DNA of 64,000 nucleotides from Eutreptiella sp. 'Long Island Sound 2002' (Eukaryota > Protista > Euglenida), in assembly GCA_964036045.1 (NCBI GenBank), contig OZ038378.1, positions 16,802,001 to 16,866,000 of the forward strand, read 5' to 3'. The notes beneath the pieces are model-generated. The model ran no database searches. It worked only from the letters and a program-made list of their open reading frames with translations, and had not been told where the DNA came from. How positions within the stretch are numbered: position 1 is the stretch's first letter; each line of letters starts with the position of its first letter. The translations under genes and the position numbers were made by a program. Shown here one piece after another: positions 12,150 to 22,857 of the stretch.

Positions 12150-13720
12150 AAAAAAATGATAAGCAAGGCATCCCCCCCTCAATAGCATTGTGGAAATGGG
12201 GAGAAATGGGCCAAAACCAAATGCTTTGCTTGCCCAAAAGCAAGCCCTCAACGTCCATATATTCAGCATCCAATATGCTACACAGTGTGCACATGGAAAG
12301 TGTAACACATGCTCCCACCCAAAGGGGTCAAACTGGGTGAGAAACACAGAAATGCTTTTCTGTGCACCAATGACCAGAGACAGTCCGCCAGCAGGTCGAA
12401 CTTACGCACATACAAAGGGTGATGACACGCATTGTCATCCCATCCCGAATTGATCATGTAACGGGCCCGGATGGGCACCCCGCCGAATCGCAAATGCAAA
12501 ATTGTGGCCTCCATCTCCTTATGTGAATCATAATTGAAATATCCCTGTGCGTTTGGCCCATCGTCTAGAGCCAAATTCTTAATGGCAGCCTTGATGGCTC
12601 CGATAGTGCCGTGTCCATCCAACCCCCAGAACATGCATTGCGTGGTGCCTGTGACGGAGAAATACACGCTATACTGCACACGAACTACTGGCAGAGGGCG
12701 ACGTTGCACATGTCTCTTTACCAACTGCGCAGTTGACAGCCTAGGGGGTCTTCGAAGACCTTTTTCTCAGGCCTCTGAACGCCGAAAAGAAATCATTGTT
12801 GATGAAGGCACCCATCAGAAACATGCCACCAGCAGTACCTAAGCACGTTTGTTCATGGAATCCTGCGGAAGCCCCAAAGATTTTAAAGCTGGCGGTAGTT
12901 GTTTGGAAAGCAGGCGGTGATTGCATCTCCCTCTCGGGCTCTGAGGCCCTTGTGGCATCGATGCTACCAGCACCGTGCTCGGCACTGGGCCACAGCGTCA
13001 TTCAACACACCTTCCGGGACGGTATTGAATGTCTCGTCAAAAGGAAAGGACGTATGGGTTGCATCGCCATTGATACCAACAACTAAGCGCGTCTTGGCTT
13101 TCTCACCCAACGAGAGGTTCTCGAAAACGGACAACGGCTGGCCAGGAGTAAAATTCCTGCAAAGAGCAGCGAGCAGGCAAAGGTGGCCGCCTGTGTGCAC
13201 AGCCCGAGGTTTTCGCATTGCACTGTTTTTCGGGCTACGTGCACACACTCCGTCGAACATGACCGTCGACCGTCGATCACGCACCGCATTTCTAACTCCG
13301 AGTCAACTAGTTCACAGACTTAACAAGATAGCTACACAAATTGAACAACTTTTGGGGATGGGTGTTATGTGGCAGCCTGTTCGGAATTCGGTGTTTGTTG
13401 TGCTGCAGTGTGGTGGAGGAGAGCATGCTTCAGACAGGCAATGTGACAAAGGAACCCATGATGAACATACTTCTGATGAGTTAATAAGAACCCCAATTCG
13501 CATTCGAATCGCAGGAAAATACGCTCCTGGTGATGCAATCATTTTCGCGAGGTTTGCGTGTTGCTGTGCAGGAGGGCATCCATCAAAGGTGTTGCTCTGA
13601 GCGTTGGTCTCATCATAGCTATTCAAGGATGCTCCAACAGACCCAAGACAGCCAATAGTGAACCGTCCGTCAAGGGAAAACGACTCTGTGTAGAGAGCAA
13701 CCGATGTTGTGCACAAAGGT
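12150..13720 (-). pseudogene. PFO: Pyruvate:ferredoxin / pyruvate:NADP+ oxidoreductase relic (domains II-III) with retained intron
   Basis: Exon 13156-13011 (FTPGQPLSVFENL...VVGINGDATHTSFPFDETFNTVPEG), GT-AG intron 13010-12649, exon from 12648 (GTTQCMFWGLDGHGTIGAIKAAIKNL...AQGYFNYDSHK...HLRFGGVPIRARYMI...ACHHPLYVRKFDLL). These match PFOR motifs FTP..V..VFDNL, VGINDDVTHTSL, FWGLGSDGTVGAN and HLRFG..PI. A +1 T frameshift near 13150 and degraded motifs indicate a pseudogene. Confidence 0.85.
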
Positions 13721-14009
13721 TCAGGGTATCAAAGGATGTTAAGCAAGGAGGTTCAGGGTACCAAACCATATTGTGCAGAGGCTGGGGTACCAAAGAATGT
13801 TGTACACACTCGGGACACCAAACGATGCAGGGCATGTTGTGCAGAGAGGTTCAGGGCACCAAACGATGTTGTGCAAAGGTTCGGAAAAAGCTGAATTTTA
13901 AAACCATTCTACTGCCTTTGGCAAGTCCACCTCACAGAGAATCTACCACGAGCAATGCACTGTGTTCAACCCTTAAAAAAAAACGCCGTCTTTATGCGTA
14001 CGTTGTGTA

Positions 14010-14479
14010 CCCTTCGTGAACGGGGGATGAGTGGCCGTTTGAATAAATGCGTGAATTTCACGTGAATTTACCCAAATTTTGAGGTTTTCGGGGGAAAACG
14101 CCATATTATTGGATCCTTTTGAGGGATTTGAGGGGATAAAATTCTTCCCCCAGCTTCATTACGCATCATCCAATGAAGGTCCCGCCCCAAAAGCATCCAC
14201 CATGCCCAAACGGCGCCCAAAACGAGAGGTGCCAAAATCCGTGAATTTATGCGTGAATTTGGGTGCGTGGATTTCACATTCACGCGAATCTCACCAAATG
14301 TGTTGAACCATGTGACTACTTCAAACCCCCAATTTGCACACATTTGTTGGATCTCACTTTGGGCGAAGATAGCAGGACAAAAGCACACGATGGCACCAAG
14401 TTACAAGCAAAACACAGCTAAAATAGGTGAAATTCACGGTACCGTGAATCTCAGATTCAAACGGCCGGTTCACGAAGGG
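14010..14479. mobile_element. MITE with TA target duplication (Tc1/mariner/pogo-type derivative)
   Basis: TIR CCCTTCGTGAAC...GGCCGTTTGAAT at both ends (left copy has a small insertion), TA at 14008-9 and 14480-1, and many internal GTGAAT motifs. Confidence 0.8.
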
Positions 14480-14744
14480 TACATGCTCATCACATTTCAA
14501 AAAACAACAGTAAGTGGCGGGACACTGGTACACTCTGGTTTGAGTTTGAGAAATAAATTGACTCTGTTGCTTGTTGCGGTCAGTGGGAAAAATGTTTTAT
14601 GAAATGAGAGTGGGAGAGGTGCTGATTCTGGCTCTTGGCGTCTCCACATTTGCCTCTATTTGAGCTGTTGGCATGCCATGCTCTCTCCTAAAATTTCCCT
14701 CTTTACGGAATAGGTCTACACTCTTGCACTTGCTGGAGCTGGTG

Positions 14745-15310
14745 TACCTAAGCACGTTTGTTCATGGAATCCTGCGGAAGCCCCAAAGATTTTAAAGCTG
14801 GCGGTAGTTGTTTGGAAAGCAGGCGGTAATTGCTCTGAGGCCCTCATGGCATCAATGCTACCAGCACCGTGCTCGGCGCTGTGTCATTCAACACACCTTT
14901 TGGGACGGTATTGAATGTCTCGTCAAAAGGAAAGGACGTATGGGTTGCATCGCCATTGATACCAACAACTAAGGGCGTCTTGGCTTTCTCACCCAACGAG
15001 AGGTTCTCGAAAATAGACACTGGCTGGCCAGGAGTAAATTCCTGCAAAGAGCAGCGAGGAGGCAAAGGTGGTGGCGGTGCACATGGGTCATAGCTTTGGT
15101 TTTGGCTCTGAAATCCGTAATTTCGTTGAAATAATTGTCCCATATGCAACGAGGGACCGCAAAACACACGGAGGGACTTTGGCCAATACCCACTCCAGCC
15201 AATTGGCGCCAAAGGCACCAGAGAAAAATTTTTGATTGGCCGCATTGATTGCGTAATCCAACCCCTTTCAAGTTTGGGTGAAATGACGATAAGGTGGAGG
15301 ACCATTCACA
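14745..15310 (-). pseudogene. PFO: Second PFO/PNO domain II relic, duplicate of about 12834-13205
   Basis: Near-identical to 12834-13205 with small deletions; reads QEFTPGQPVSIFENLSLGEKAK...VGINGDATHTSF and keeps the same splice sites. Confidence 0.85.
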
Positions 15311-15959
15311 GTAAGGCAAAACACCCTTTCAACACAGCAGCAGCTGATGCTGCAACAGGCCAAGACTTTCGACACCAGCCCGATCCAGTGTCTCATCCAG
15401 CTCAACCGTAGCGGTGTTCGAGAATACCTGGGATACCAATTCTGTTGAATTCTATTTTCGCAATTTGTGAAAGCCGCTAGAAAACAGAAGACCGTGTTGA
15501 TTTATCTGTTGTCGTTTGTTTGTTTTGCCAACTGAATTTCTGCAATGGTCCTGGCGTTGCAAGATACTTCAGTTTTCCCGTTTTTCCTTGGCGGCATTTT
15601 TGTGAAATTGACCCTTCTGCGAAGGATGTTTGGGTGCCCTTCTCCTGTTCATAACAAGAAGTGCGGGCCCTTGGACGATGGGATCGCACGCAGTCCATGC
15701 CACACACATAGGTTGGTTGAACTCGAGGAGTGCCATACACTTTCCAATCCGTTTTCGGGCACTTTCAATCTTGGTGTCACTCAAAGCCTTCATCGCTGCT
15801 GATGTGACAATGAGGCAAGCAAACCCTTCCACGTTAGAAGAGCCACAGGGTCGCCTTTTTTTTTTGGGAGATTTCAACCCCCCCCCCCCCCAAGTGACAA
15901 TAATCTTGAGCAATTTGGCCGAAAAATTGACCACCCGTTTCGTGGATTACCCCCCCCCC

Positions 15960-16330
15960 CGTTTCTACAACACGTACTTCCATGTCCTACAATGCACGGT
16001 ATTGCCTACACTGCATATTTCGTTTTCTACAAAATGACATGACACACACTATAATTTCTACAATACGTAGTAAAGCGTTCTCCAATGCACAGTATATTTT
16101 CCACATGGCATATCAAATTTCATGCAAAAATGTTAGAGTCTCTACAATGCGCATTAAATTGCCTACAAGGTAGACTACATCTTCTACAACACGCACTACA
16201 TGCATTGACCTTTCTACAACACACGCTACATTTTCGTCCGATTGTGTACCATTTCCACAACACGCCTTGCATTTTCTGTAGCACATGTCAACCACATTTT
16301 CTGCACTCCACATTGCAATTTGTGCAACGT
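15960..16330. repeat. Low-complexity ctacaa-rich degenerate repeat
   Basis: Recurring tttctacaa/ctacat units. Confidence 0.6.
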
Positions 16331-16599
16331 GGTACAGCCTCAACTGCTGATGGTGCATACCTCGATCCACTCCTTGCGGGTCTTGTGCTTTGGACGCCCA
16401 GCAAAGATGAAGCCATATCCTGAATAAGACATAGTCAAGATGGCCATTGGTTTTGAGAGAAATACCATGACCGGAGATTCGTTGCTCTGGGATTGCTCAC
16501 CAAGTAATGGGGCTACGAGGGCATTTGGTGGCCAAAAGCGACTCTTTGAGTGTTGAACGGAATATTGAGAACGACTTGGAATTGTACACAAATGTGCGA

Positions 16600-16942
16600 T
16601 GTACATAAAAAAGAGCATCCTCCAAGCATCCGTCCGATGCAACGACACGAACAACGTGCGAGAAACAAGCTTCACCTGCAAGGAACGAGTGGAAGCACGT
16701 CCTCGTTAGGAATAGTCGACGTACGATGTACGAAAGCCGTCGAAGATCTACTGAGACGAATTCGCGACCTCGTCGCGGCACTCAGAGCCAGCCGTCTTGG
16801 ACCTCTTGAACGTTGAAGGAACACAGCATTGCGGAACCCGTCTGGCGGCAAGCCATCACTTCGGAATGATCGTTGAAAATAGACAACCCGTGCTTGGAAA
16901 TGGTCCGGGCCAACACGTGTGACACGTCCGACATTACCTCAC
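16600..16942 (-). pseudogene. PFO: PFO/PNO domain I relic
   Basis: GEVMSDVSHVLARTISKHGLSIFNDHSEVMACRQTGSAMLCSFNVQEVQD, then frameshifted IFDGFRTS; matches PFOR HV.AR....HALSIFGDHSDVMA.RQTG.AML.S..VQE and FFDGFRTSH. Confidence 0.85.
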
Positions 16943-17149
16943 CTGCAGTCAAATACAGAATCGGAATGAAGTGGAACAACCCCTAAAAGACAAAAACAAC
17001 GTTGTGGACTTCTCTTGCACTTGGTGGATCTGGTATTTTGTGTGCACTACTGGATTCGGACCCCCTGGAGCTACATGCTGGATGCAAAAAAAAAAGGATG
17101 CATTTGAACTGTGTTGAACTCTCCACTGTTTGAAAGCAACACAAAAAAG

Positions 17150-17840
17150 GCACAGAGTAGTCGCCACACGATTGAATACTCCGCCACACGATCAATGCTC
17201 CGGAGACCACGAACATTGTGTGTGACCTCTGACTAATGTGAGAAAGAATTTCAGTATGGTACACCGAACCATTCACACAAAGGTATTTCTCTTGTCCTGA
17301 ATTCACATAAATCCGCAATCCGACATTTGCAGCACCTCAGAAGCATAGTGCTGAAAACTGCAAGTGGTTAAGGAAATGCCCTTTTGCAATCGAAAATCGC
17401 TTGCACATCAGGCACGGATGGCCTACACAAGGTTTTACCAAGAGTTTACCCGACCATGTTGAGGGTTCAACGCCAAGTCTCCCAGATTTCTCTGACGGGC
17501 AAGGACGGAAACTACCAAAACTAGCGTCCGACGCAACGACACAAACAACGTGCGCGAAACAATCTTCACCTGCAAGGATTCGCGAGGAACCAGTGAAAGC
17601 ATGTCCTCGTCAGGAAATAGTTGACGTACGACGTACGAAGCCGTCTAAGTGCAGAGAAAGAATTCGCGACCTCGTCGAGGCACTGTGAGCGATGAGAGCC
17701 AGCCACGTCTTGGACCTCTTGAATGTTGAAGGAATCCGTCTGGCGGCAAGCCATCACGTCGGAGTGATCGTTGAAAACAGACAACCCGTGCTTGGAAATG
17801 GTCCCGGCCAACACGTGTATCTCGTCACTAGCAAACAAAT
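17150..17840 (-). pseudogene. PFO: Another PFO/PNO domain I relic, paralogous to 16600-16942
   Basis: HVLAGTISKHGLSVFNDHSDVMACRQTDSFNIQEVQD, later LALNPQH (PFOR ALNPEHP). Nucleotide repeat of 16630-16920; contains stops and frameshifts. Confidence 0.75.
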
Positions 17841-17880
17841 ACAGAATCGGAATCCCCCGAGCAACCCCCGAGCTCCCAGC

Positions 17881-18075
17881 TCCCCCGAGTCTCGCTTCGC
17901 TTGCATGGCTTCCCCAAGCGCAAGCTCGGGGCATAAAAATGTACGGCGGCTCCCCCGAATCTCGCTTCGCCTGCAGGGCTCCCCCAAGCGCAACTCCGGC
18001 CATAAAAAGGTAAGGCAACTCCCCCGAGTCTCGCTTTGCCTGCAGGGCTCCCCCAAGCGCAGCTCTAGGCATCTC
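17881..18075. repeat. About 70-bp tandem repeat, about 2.7 copies
   Basis: tcccccgartctcgctt recurs at 17881, 17951 and 18020. Confidence 0.9.
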
Positions 18076-18099
18076 CACTAGTCCCATGTTCTGGTGGAG

Positions 18100-18270
18100 A
18101 GACCTTGAGCAAAAAGGTAAGGTGAAGGCACTCCCAACAAAGAGCAAAGGTAAAGGTCAGAGGTCAAAGGTCAAACAGCACACAACAAAGAGCAAAGGTC
18201 AAGTTCCAAGGTCAAAGGTCACAAGGGTGCAAGTCAGTTTGGAGAAGATGCAGGTCAAGGTCACTGTGGA
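18100..18270. repeat. Degenerate aaggtca repeat
   Basis: Multiple aaaggtca/caaggtca units. Confidence 0.7.
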
Positions 18271-18397
18271 GACGGAGTAACCGACAGCAATAAAGGCAAA
18301 AGAAAGCACTTGGCAGCCTACAATGCGACTACCAAACGTGCCCACTAATTTGCCTAACTGCAATAAGTTAATAGTATAGTAGTTAATAGTTAATAAG

Positions 18398-18907
18398 TTA
18401 ATAGTATAGCATTGGCACCCCAACAACCTGAGGCTGAGGGTGAGGCTGAGGCTGGGGCCGCGTCTGGGAAAGTGGCTCGCCATGCCACAAGCGCATCCCA
18501 GCACGCACGGCACACGCAAGCGTAACCATGTTAAAAAAATGCGGCGCCCTATTTACAGAATAGGGGACCTTGCGGACCCCCAAAAGTTTAGACAACTCCT
18601 TACAAAAACAGTTGCAATTTTGTGAAAAAGGGTGGTACCTTTCTGCCGTCCATGCGCCGGCAGTCATCCACCTAATTAAGGCCGCCACCTCCTCGGCCGA
18701 TTTGTTTGTCCACCCCAGGTGGTATGATCTACAAAAGTATTTTCGCTCCCGACCCCGCTTACTTTCATCCACTACATAATACCCCGTATCCCCAAAACTA
18801 TGTCCTACCCCATGTCCAAAAATTTCCCCATGGACTGCTAAGCCTGCGCTGTGTGTGCGGATGAAGGGCCTGAACATGTGGTATGTGTCGAAACGTACAT
18901 AAGACAT
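18398..18907 (-). CDS. PPPDE/DeSI-family putative deSUMOylating/deubiquitinating isopeptidase (peptidase C97), apparently intronless
   Basis: MSYVRFDTYHM...GLAVHGEIFGHGVGHSFG...YHPFSQNCNCFCKELSKLLGVRKVPYSVNRA. His and Cys of the catalytic dyad are 72 residues apart; NCN motif and P..VNR motif present. ATG at 18907 is preceded by an AT-rich leader and a pyrimidine tract plus AG (18933-18932). Confidence 0.85.
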   Translation of the reverse strand: MSYVRFDTYHMFRPFIRTHSAGLAVHGEIFGHGVGHSFGDTGYYVVDESKRGRERKYFCRSYHLGWTNKSAEEVAALIRWMTAGAWTAERYHPFSQNCNCFCKELSKLLGVRKVPYSVNRAPHFFNMVTLACAVRAGMRLWHGEPLSQTRPQPQPHPQPQVVGVPMLYY

Positions 18908-19218
18908 ATTGTAATAAATAATAAATATAGACTGAAAAATAAAAACAGAAAAGTACAACAAACGAGTCGTTTGGTGAGATTTACACGTGGCGTGGACCTA
19001 ACGGTGGGAATGGCTATGCAGGACTACGGCTTAGGACTACGCGTAGGACTAAAGGATCTGCCCACATTGCGCACGCGCATCCACATCAAATTTTGACAGA
19101 ACTGAAAACCTTTTTGTTTTATCACAGTACATTTCTGACAGGGGGGACAGATGCATCGCGTGCCAGGTTAAGGGATGTGCATTTCCTGGCGCTCTGTAGC
19201 TCTTAATTTCGCAAAACT

Positions 19219-19791
19219 ATGTCTGCCAAAGCCACTGCCACTGCTGCTTGGGACTGGAAGGACCCCGAGGACGCAGACCAGGCTCCGGGTCCCCACCCAA
19301 TCAGCGCACCCATCCAAGTACCCCCATCGCCGCCCCACGACCCTCATGTGCTGCCCCCCAAAGGATTTAAGAAGCCATGGAAGGGAAAAATTGGGAAGGG
19401 AGGCAAGGAAATCGAGTTGCCGGACGAGGCGTACGAGACGGATGCATGGACTCCCCCGGAATATTGGTGGTCCCGCCCGGATGGTATGTGGTTGCAAACA
19501 TTTCGATTTGGTTGTGCGTTTCACGTCATTTTCATGCAAAATGCGTGCCTTCCCTATCCTACCTCCATCCTACCTATTCTTTGTGTTGCAGAAGAGGATG
19601 AGGTCGCCTTTGATGGGGCCCAACCGTGGCATGTCAATTGGTATGACAGCCTTGGCGACCGACAACGTCACACATGCATCCGTGAACATGACCACGGGCG
19701 CGATGCCCACGGCCGCCAACCAGTGGGTAAACTGGTACTCAAAGTCGCGAGTTTTTTCGCCCACGACAATGGCTTGGCCCATGAGCACTGA
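19219..19791 (+). CDS. MULE second (mudrB-like position) gene of unknown function, probably truncated
   Basis: ATG 160 nt inside the left TIR; Pro/Lys/acidic-rich N-terminus; in-frame 108-nt GT-AG intron 19484-19591 (GATG|gtatgt...ttgcag|AAGAG); convergent with the transposase. Confidence 0.6.
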   Translation: MSAKATATAAWDWKDPEDADQAPGPHPISAPIQVPPSPPHDPHVLPPKGFKKPWKGKIGKGGKEIELPDEAYETDAWTPPEYWWSRPDGMWLQTFRFGCAFHVIFMQNACLPYPTSILPILCVAEEDEVAFDGAQPWHVNWYDSLGDRQRHTCIREHDHGRDAHGRQPVGKLVLKVASFFAHDNGLAHEH

Positions 19792-20715
19792 CAGCCCATA
19801 GTTGTTGACCCCCACGAAGAGGCCAATGTTCAGGTTATACCTATTACTTTGATAGGTATTATCATGGAGGATTAGAAACGGGAAGCGCCGGGCAATAGCA
19901 ATTTGCTCGACGCTCATCCAGAAGACATGGGATAGTTTCCCAATGTCATCCTTCACCACATGGGTGTACCACCCATGTTCGCCCTTTTCCTCAAGGCGGT
20001 TGACCAACTCATGGGCATCCAGCGCTGAGGAGTACCCTTTGGCATCATAAATATTCTGCACCTGTTTTGCGGTGATCTCGACACCGCGGTTCCGCATGAA
20101 ATGTACCACATTGCGGGGGGGCATGAAGGCTTGTCCCAAGTTCATGATCATATCGGCATCCTCACGGGACAAATTCACCGGACCAAGGAATTTTTTTTGC
20201 TTGGCCGTTTGCGGTGGATGGTTATGGTCTAGGCGGAGTCCTTTGTGACTCACGGACCACACCTCGCGCATGCCATCCTTCCGGCGAGAAATGTACACGT
20301 TGAAGGGACAACAATCCTCCTTTGACTCCGGTGCATATGTTGGCACCGTCCTACTATCCTTGGGAAGGACCCCGGATTGGGCTGCGTTGCGATTGTGCTG
20401 TTTTTGGCGGCCTACTTTGGCGCAATAAAAATATGCTTGGCCTTTGTTTTTATCGCCACGACGACTGAGAACATAGCCGTTCTCATCCGCCCAATCCTCC
20501 ATGCGGTCACAAGCTTCTTGGTGACTAGAGCCGGCAAACGCATTTACAACCGGCTCCCAAGTGGCACCCATCTCCGGAAACTTCATGCTGTCATCTTCAT
20601 CATCGCTATCTTCCTCATCGGAGCACGCTTCATATGGGTCTTCTTCGAGGACCTCCGATGGTGCCGGGGACAAGGGAAGGGGACTGTAGTTGATCTCAGA
20701 TGATGTGTCTGACAT
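19570..20715 (-). CDS. MULE transposase, C-terminally truncated
   Basis: FAR1-like DNA-binding region (GYVLSRR...FYCAKVG...CCPFNVY...HNH) plus MULE domain (LHDNTYQSNRYNLNIGLFVGVNNYG...VMFTD). The CxxH motif, catalytic E and SWIM finger are absent after about 19680. Probable ATG at 20715. Confidence 0.9.
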   Translation of the reverse strand: MSDTSSEINYSPLPLSPAPSEVLEEDPYEACSDEEDSDDEDDSMKFPEMGATWEPVVNAFAGSSHQEACDRMEDWADENGYVLSRRGDKNKGQAYFYCAKVGRQKQHNRNAAQSGVLPKDSRTVPTYAPESKEDCCPFNVYISRRKDGMREVWSVSHKGLRLDHNHPPQTAKQKKFLGPVNLSREDADMIMNLGQAFMPPRNVVHFMRNRGVEITAKQVQNIYDAKGYSSALDAHELVNRLEEKGEHGWYTHVVKDDIGKLSHVFWMSVEQIAIARRFPFLILHDNTYQSNRYNLNIGLFVGVNNYGLSVLMGQAIVVGEKTRDFEYQFTHWLAAVGIAPVVMFTDACVTLSVAKAVIPIDMPRLGPIKGDLILFCNTKNR

Positions 20716-21649
20716 CTGTGTGACAATAATCTGTGTCTTCTGTGTCTGAAAAATAGTAGAACAGATGCGCTTGATGCTGGCATTTATAAAAATACGCTGT
20801 TCAGCCACAGCAATCAATTAAATCAAAAAATCAATTCCATTTTTCCCCCCATTTTCAGTTAATTCAAGCGCATGCGCCAGATGTGGGCAGATCCTTTAGT
20901 CCTACGCGTAGTCCTAAGCCGTAGTCCTGCATAGCCATTCCCCCTAACGGTGCGCATCCCGGACATAAAACAACTACTCAAGCAAATTTTGTTATGCGGA
21001 AGGCATGTCAATTTTTTTTCTCGGCGCCGATTGAAAATTCTTTTGCTAGAGGTTCTGTCGAACATCAATTGCATTTTTACACGAAATCATCGAGATTGGG
21101 AAATCCGGAAACAATTCATCGCAGGAATGCTGAATATCGAAACTTTTGTTAATACTGTGGGCTGTGAATGAAGACACAAGAGGAGCCAACGAAGGTCCAA
21201 CAATCACAACACCAAAACAAGGGGGGTCAAGTTGTAAAACCCAAAGAGAAAGCGTTCAACTAGCAAAAAACTTAAACAAATGAGTGAGTGCTTTGTGCAT
21301 TGCATCATCCGGTGTTTCTTGTTTCTCAATTTTTAAGCGTGACACGCCTTCCTTGGCGCCTATATTTTTGTACGCGCTACGTATGCTCAACCATCCTAGC
21401 CACAAGGATAGCCAGCATATGTCTTCATTTGCCTCTTGACTTGTTTCGGGTTGGGGTGATCACATCCAAAATATCACACAAAAAGGTCTCATAAATTGGG
21501 ACTATTGAGATGCAACCCCTGCAACCTCTACAAGACAATTCAGGCTGGTGGCCCTTGCATGTGCCAACTCATAGACATGGCCTTCTTCGTTAGAACGTCC
21601 ACGAGAGGGACCAAAATAACAAGGGGTTCCCACTGCAGCTACCGCGTGC

Positions 21650-21780
21650 CTGTCGCTTCCTGTCGCTTCCCTGCCGCTTTCCTGCCGCTTTCCTGTCGTC
21701 TTCATGTCGCCACCCTGTCGTCTTCCTGTCGCCTTCCTGTCGCTCCCTGCCGCATTTCACCGTCGCCTGCCTCGCGCGGC
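21650..21780. repeat. Degenerate cctgtcgctt tandem repeat
   Basis: Direct reading. Confidence 0.75.
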
Positions 21781-22857
21781 CCGAATCTAATGCGAGTTTC
21801 CCCGATCTCACGCGACTGTTTGAATGGTGCAAGCGACCAGAGGGTGTCGGCGTGGAGCGCACAATTGTTCATTTTTGCATAGGGTCCTATGTTCGTTAGT
21901 AGCTACGTGCGGCCCCCTTCCTCCCTCGACTTGCTCATTTGAGGAAATTTCAATAACACGAGGAAAATGAAGGCATGCACAGTATTGTCGTAGGGCATAG
22001 AATGATTGGGGACAACTCGTCTCCAAGGGTCGCACGCAACTTTCAGACATAAAGGACAGCCTGGATAAGTCCATGGTGTCGGCAGAGTTGTGCAATTTTC
22101 ACGGACTCGTTTGTTTGGGGCCAGCTACTGTGGTGAAATCTAATGGCGTACAATAGTGTGGTACTTCTATCCTTAGTGTGCAATACCTGCGGTGTGGTTG
22201 TGGTTCGATTGGGACAAAGGCAAGAGGAGGAGGGTGCCGGGGGGGTGGTTCCCTCCTGGCGGGGGGATTTCCTTGACGGTGTTCGAACCGAACGATTCTA
22301 TCCCCATGAGTAGTCCCCCCACCTCGAACCGCCTTTGTCATCGGCTTCCACGTGAGTTTAAGTATTCATTTGGATTTCAAAGGCTATTTGTCTTGCATGT
22401 GCTAGTGGTATGTGCATTTGGCCTAAAATTTTCCCAAAGTGCCGTGGAGAGCGGAAACTTTGCCATTGCATGAAGGCTTGATTTTTTGTAGTGGGTTGCA
22501 CCACGAACGGACTCTCCACGGGCCCACGGAGTGATTTGGAGGAACGGAGCACAAGTACGCGACGGGTCTTTGGTGTGTGTTTCGTACCCTTCACTTGTGA
22601 TGTAGCTGTCCATTGGAATTATGTGTAAGGACGGTAACCAGCCCACGGCACAGTGTGGTTGCGTCCAATCATATGCCCGGTTTGTGGGGTTCCTTCTACA
22701 ACGTCTAAATTCATGATGATTATCTTCCGCTCGTCTTTCCGCCTCTAAAGAAACATGTGTTGGTCATGTCCGAGCCGTGGTTTACTCCAAAAACTATGAC
22801 GTGCTAGGTGTACAGCCTACACGTGTACACCTTGACGAAGAAATTATATTGTGAGCA

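Larger units (their letters stand above)
19006..20942. mobile_element. Mutator-like element (MULE), internally deleted, recent insertion
   Basis: Perfect 62-bp TIRs (19006-19067 and 20881-20942, GGGAATGGCTATGCAGGACTAC...) and perfect 9-bp TSD cctaacggt (18997-19005 and 20943-20951). Confidence 0.97.

Noticed and set aside
12278-13284. Ubiquitin-like, KDZ or CACTA transposase readings of these ORFs
   Set aside because: They are much better explained as PFO domains II-III.
15376-16419. Exons 16419-16361 and 15427-15376 as upstream MECR exons
   Set aside because: They are phase-compatible, but the equivalent segment is already encoded by exon 7083-6954 and the gene starts at 7454.
16501-16675. 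VKLVSRTLFVSLHRTDA as an MDR exon
   Set aside because: It is part of the duplicated PFO relic; the second copy continues into ALNPQH.
21430-21520. VPIYETF resembling actin VPIYEGY
   Set aside because: Only five residues, with no flanking similarity.
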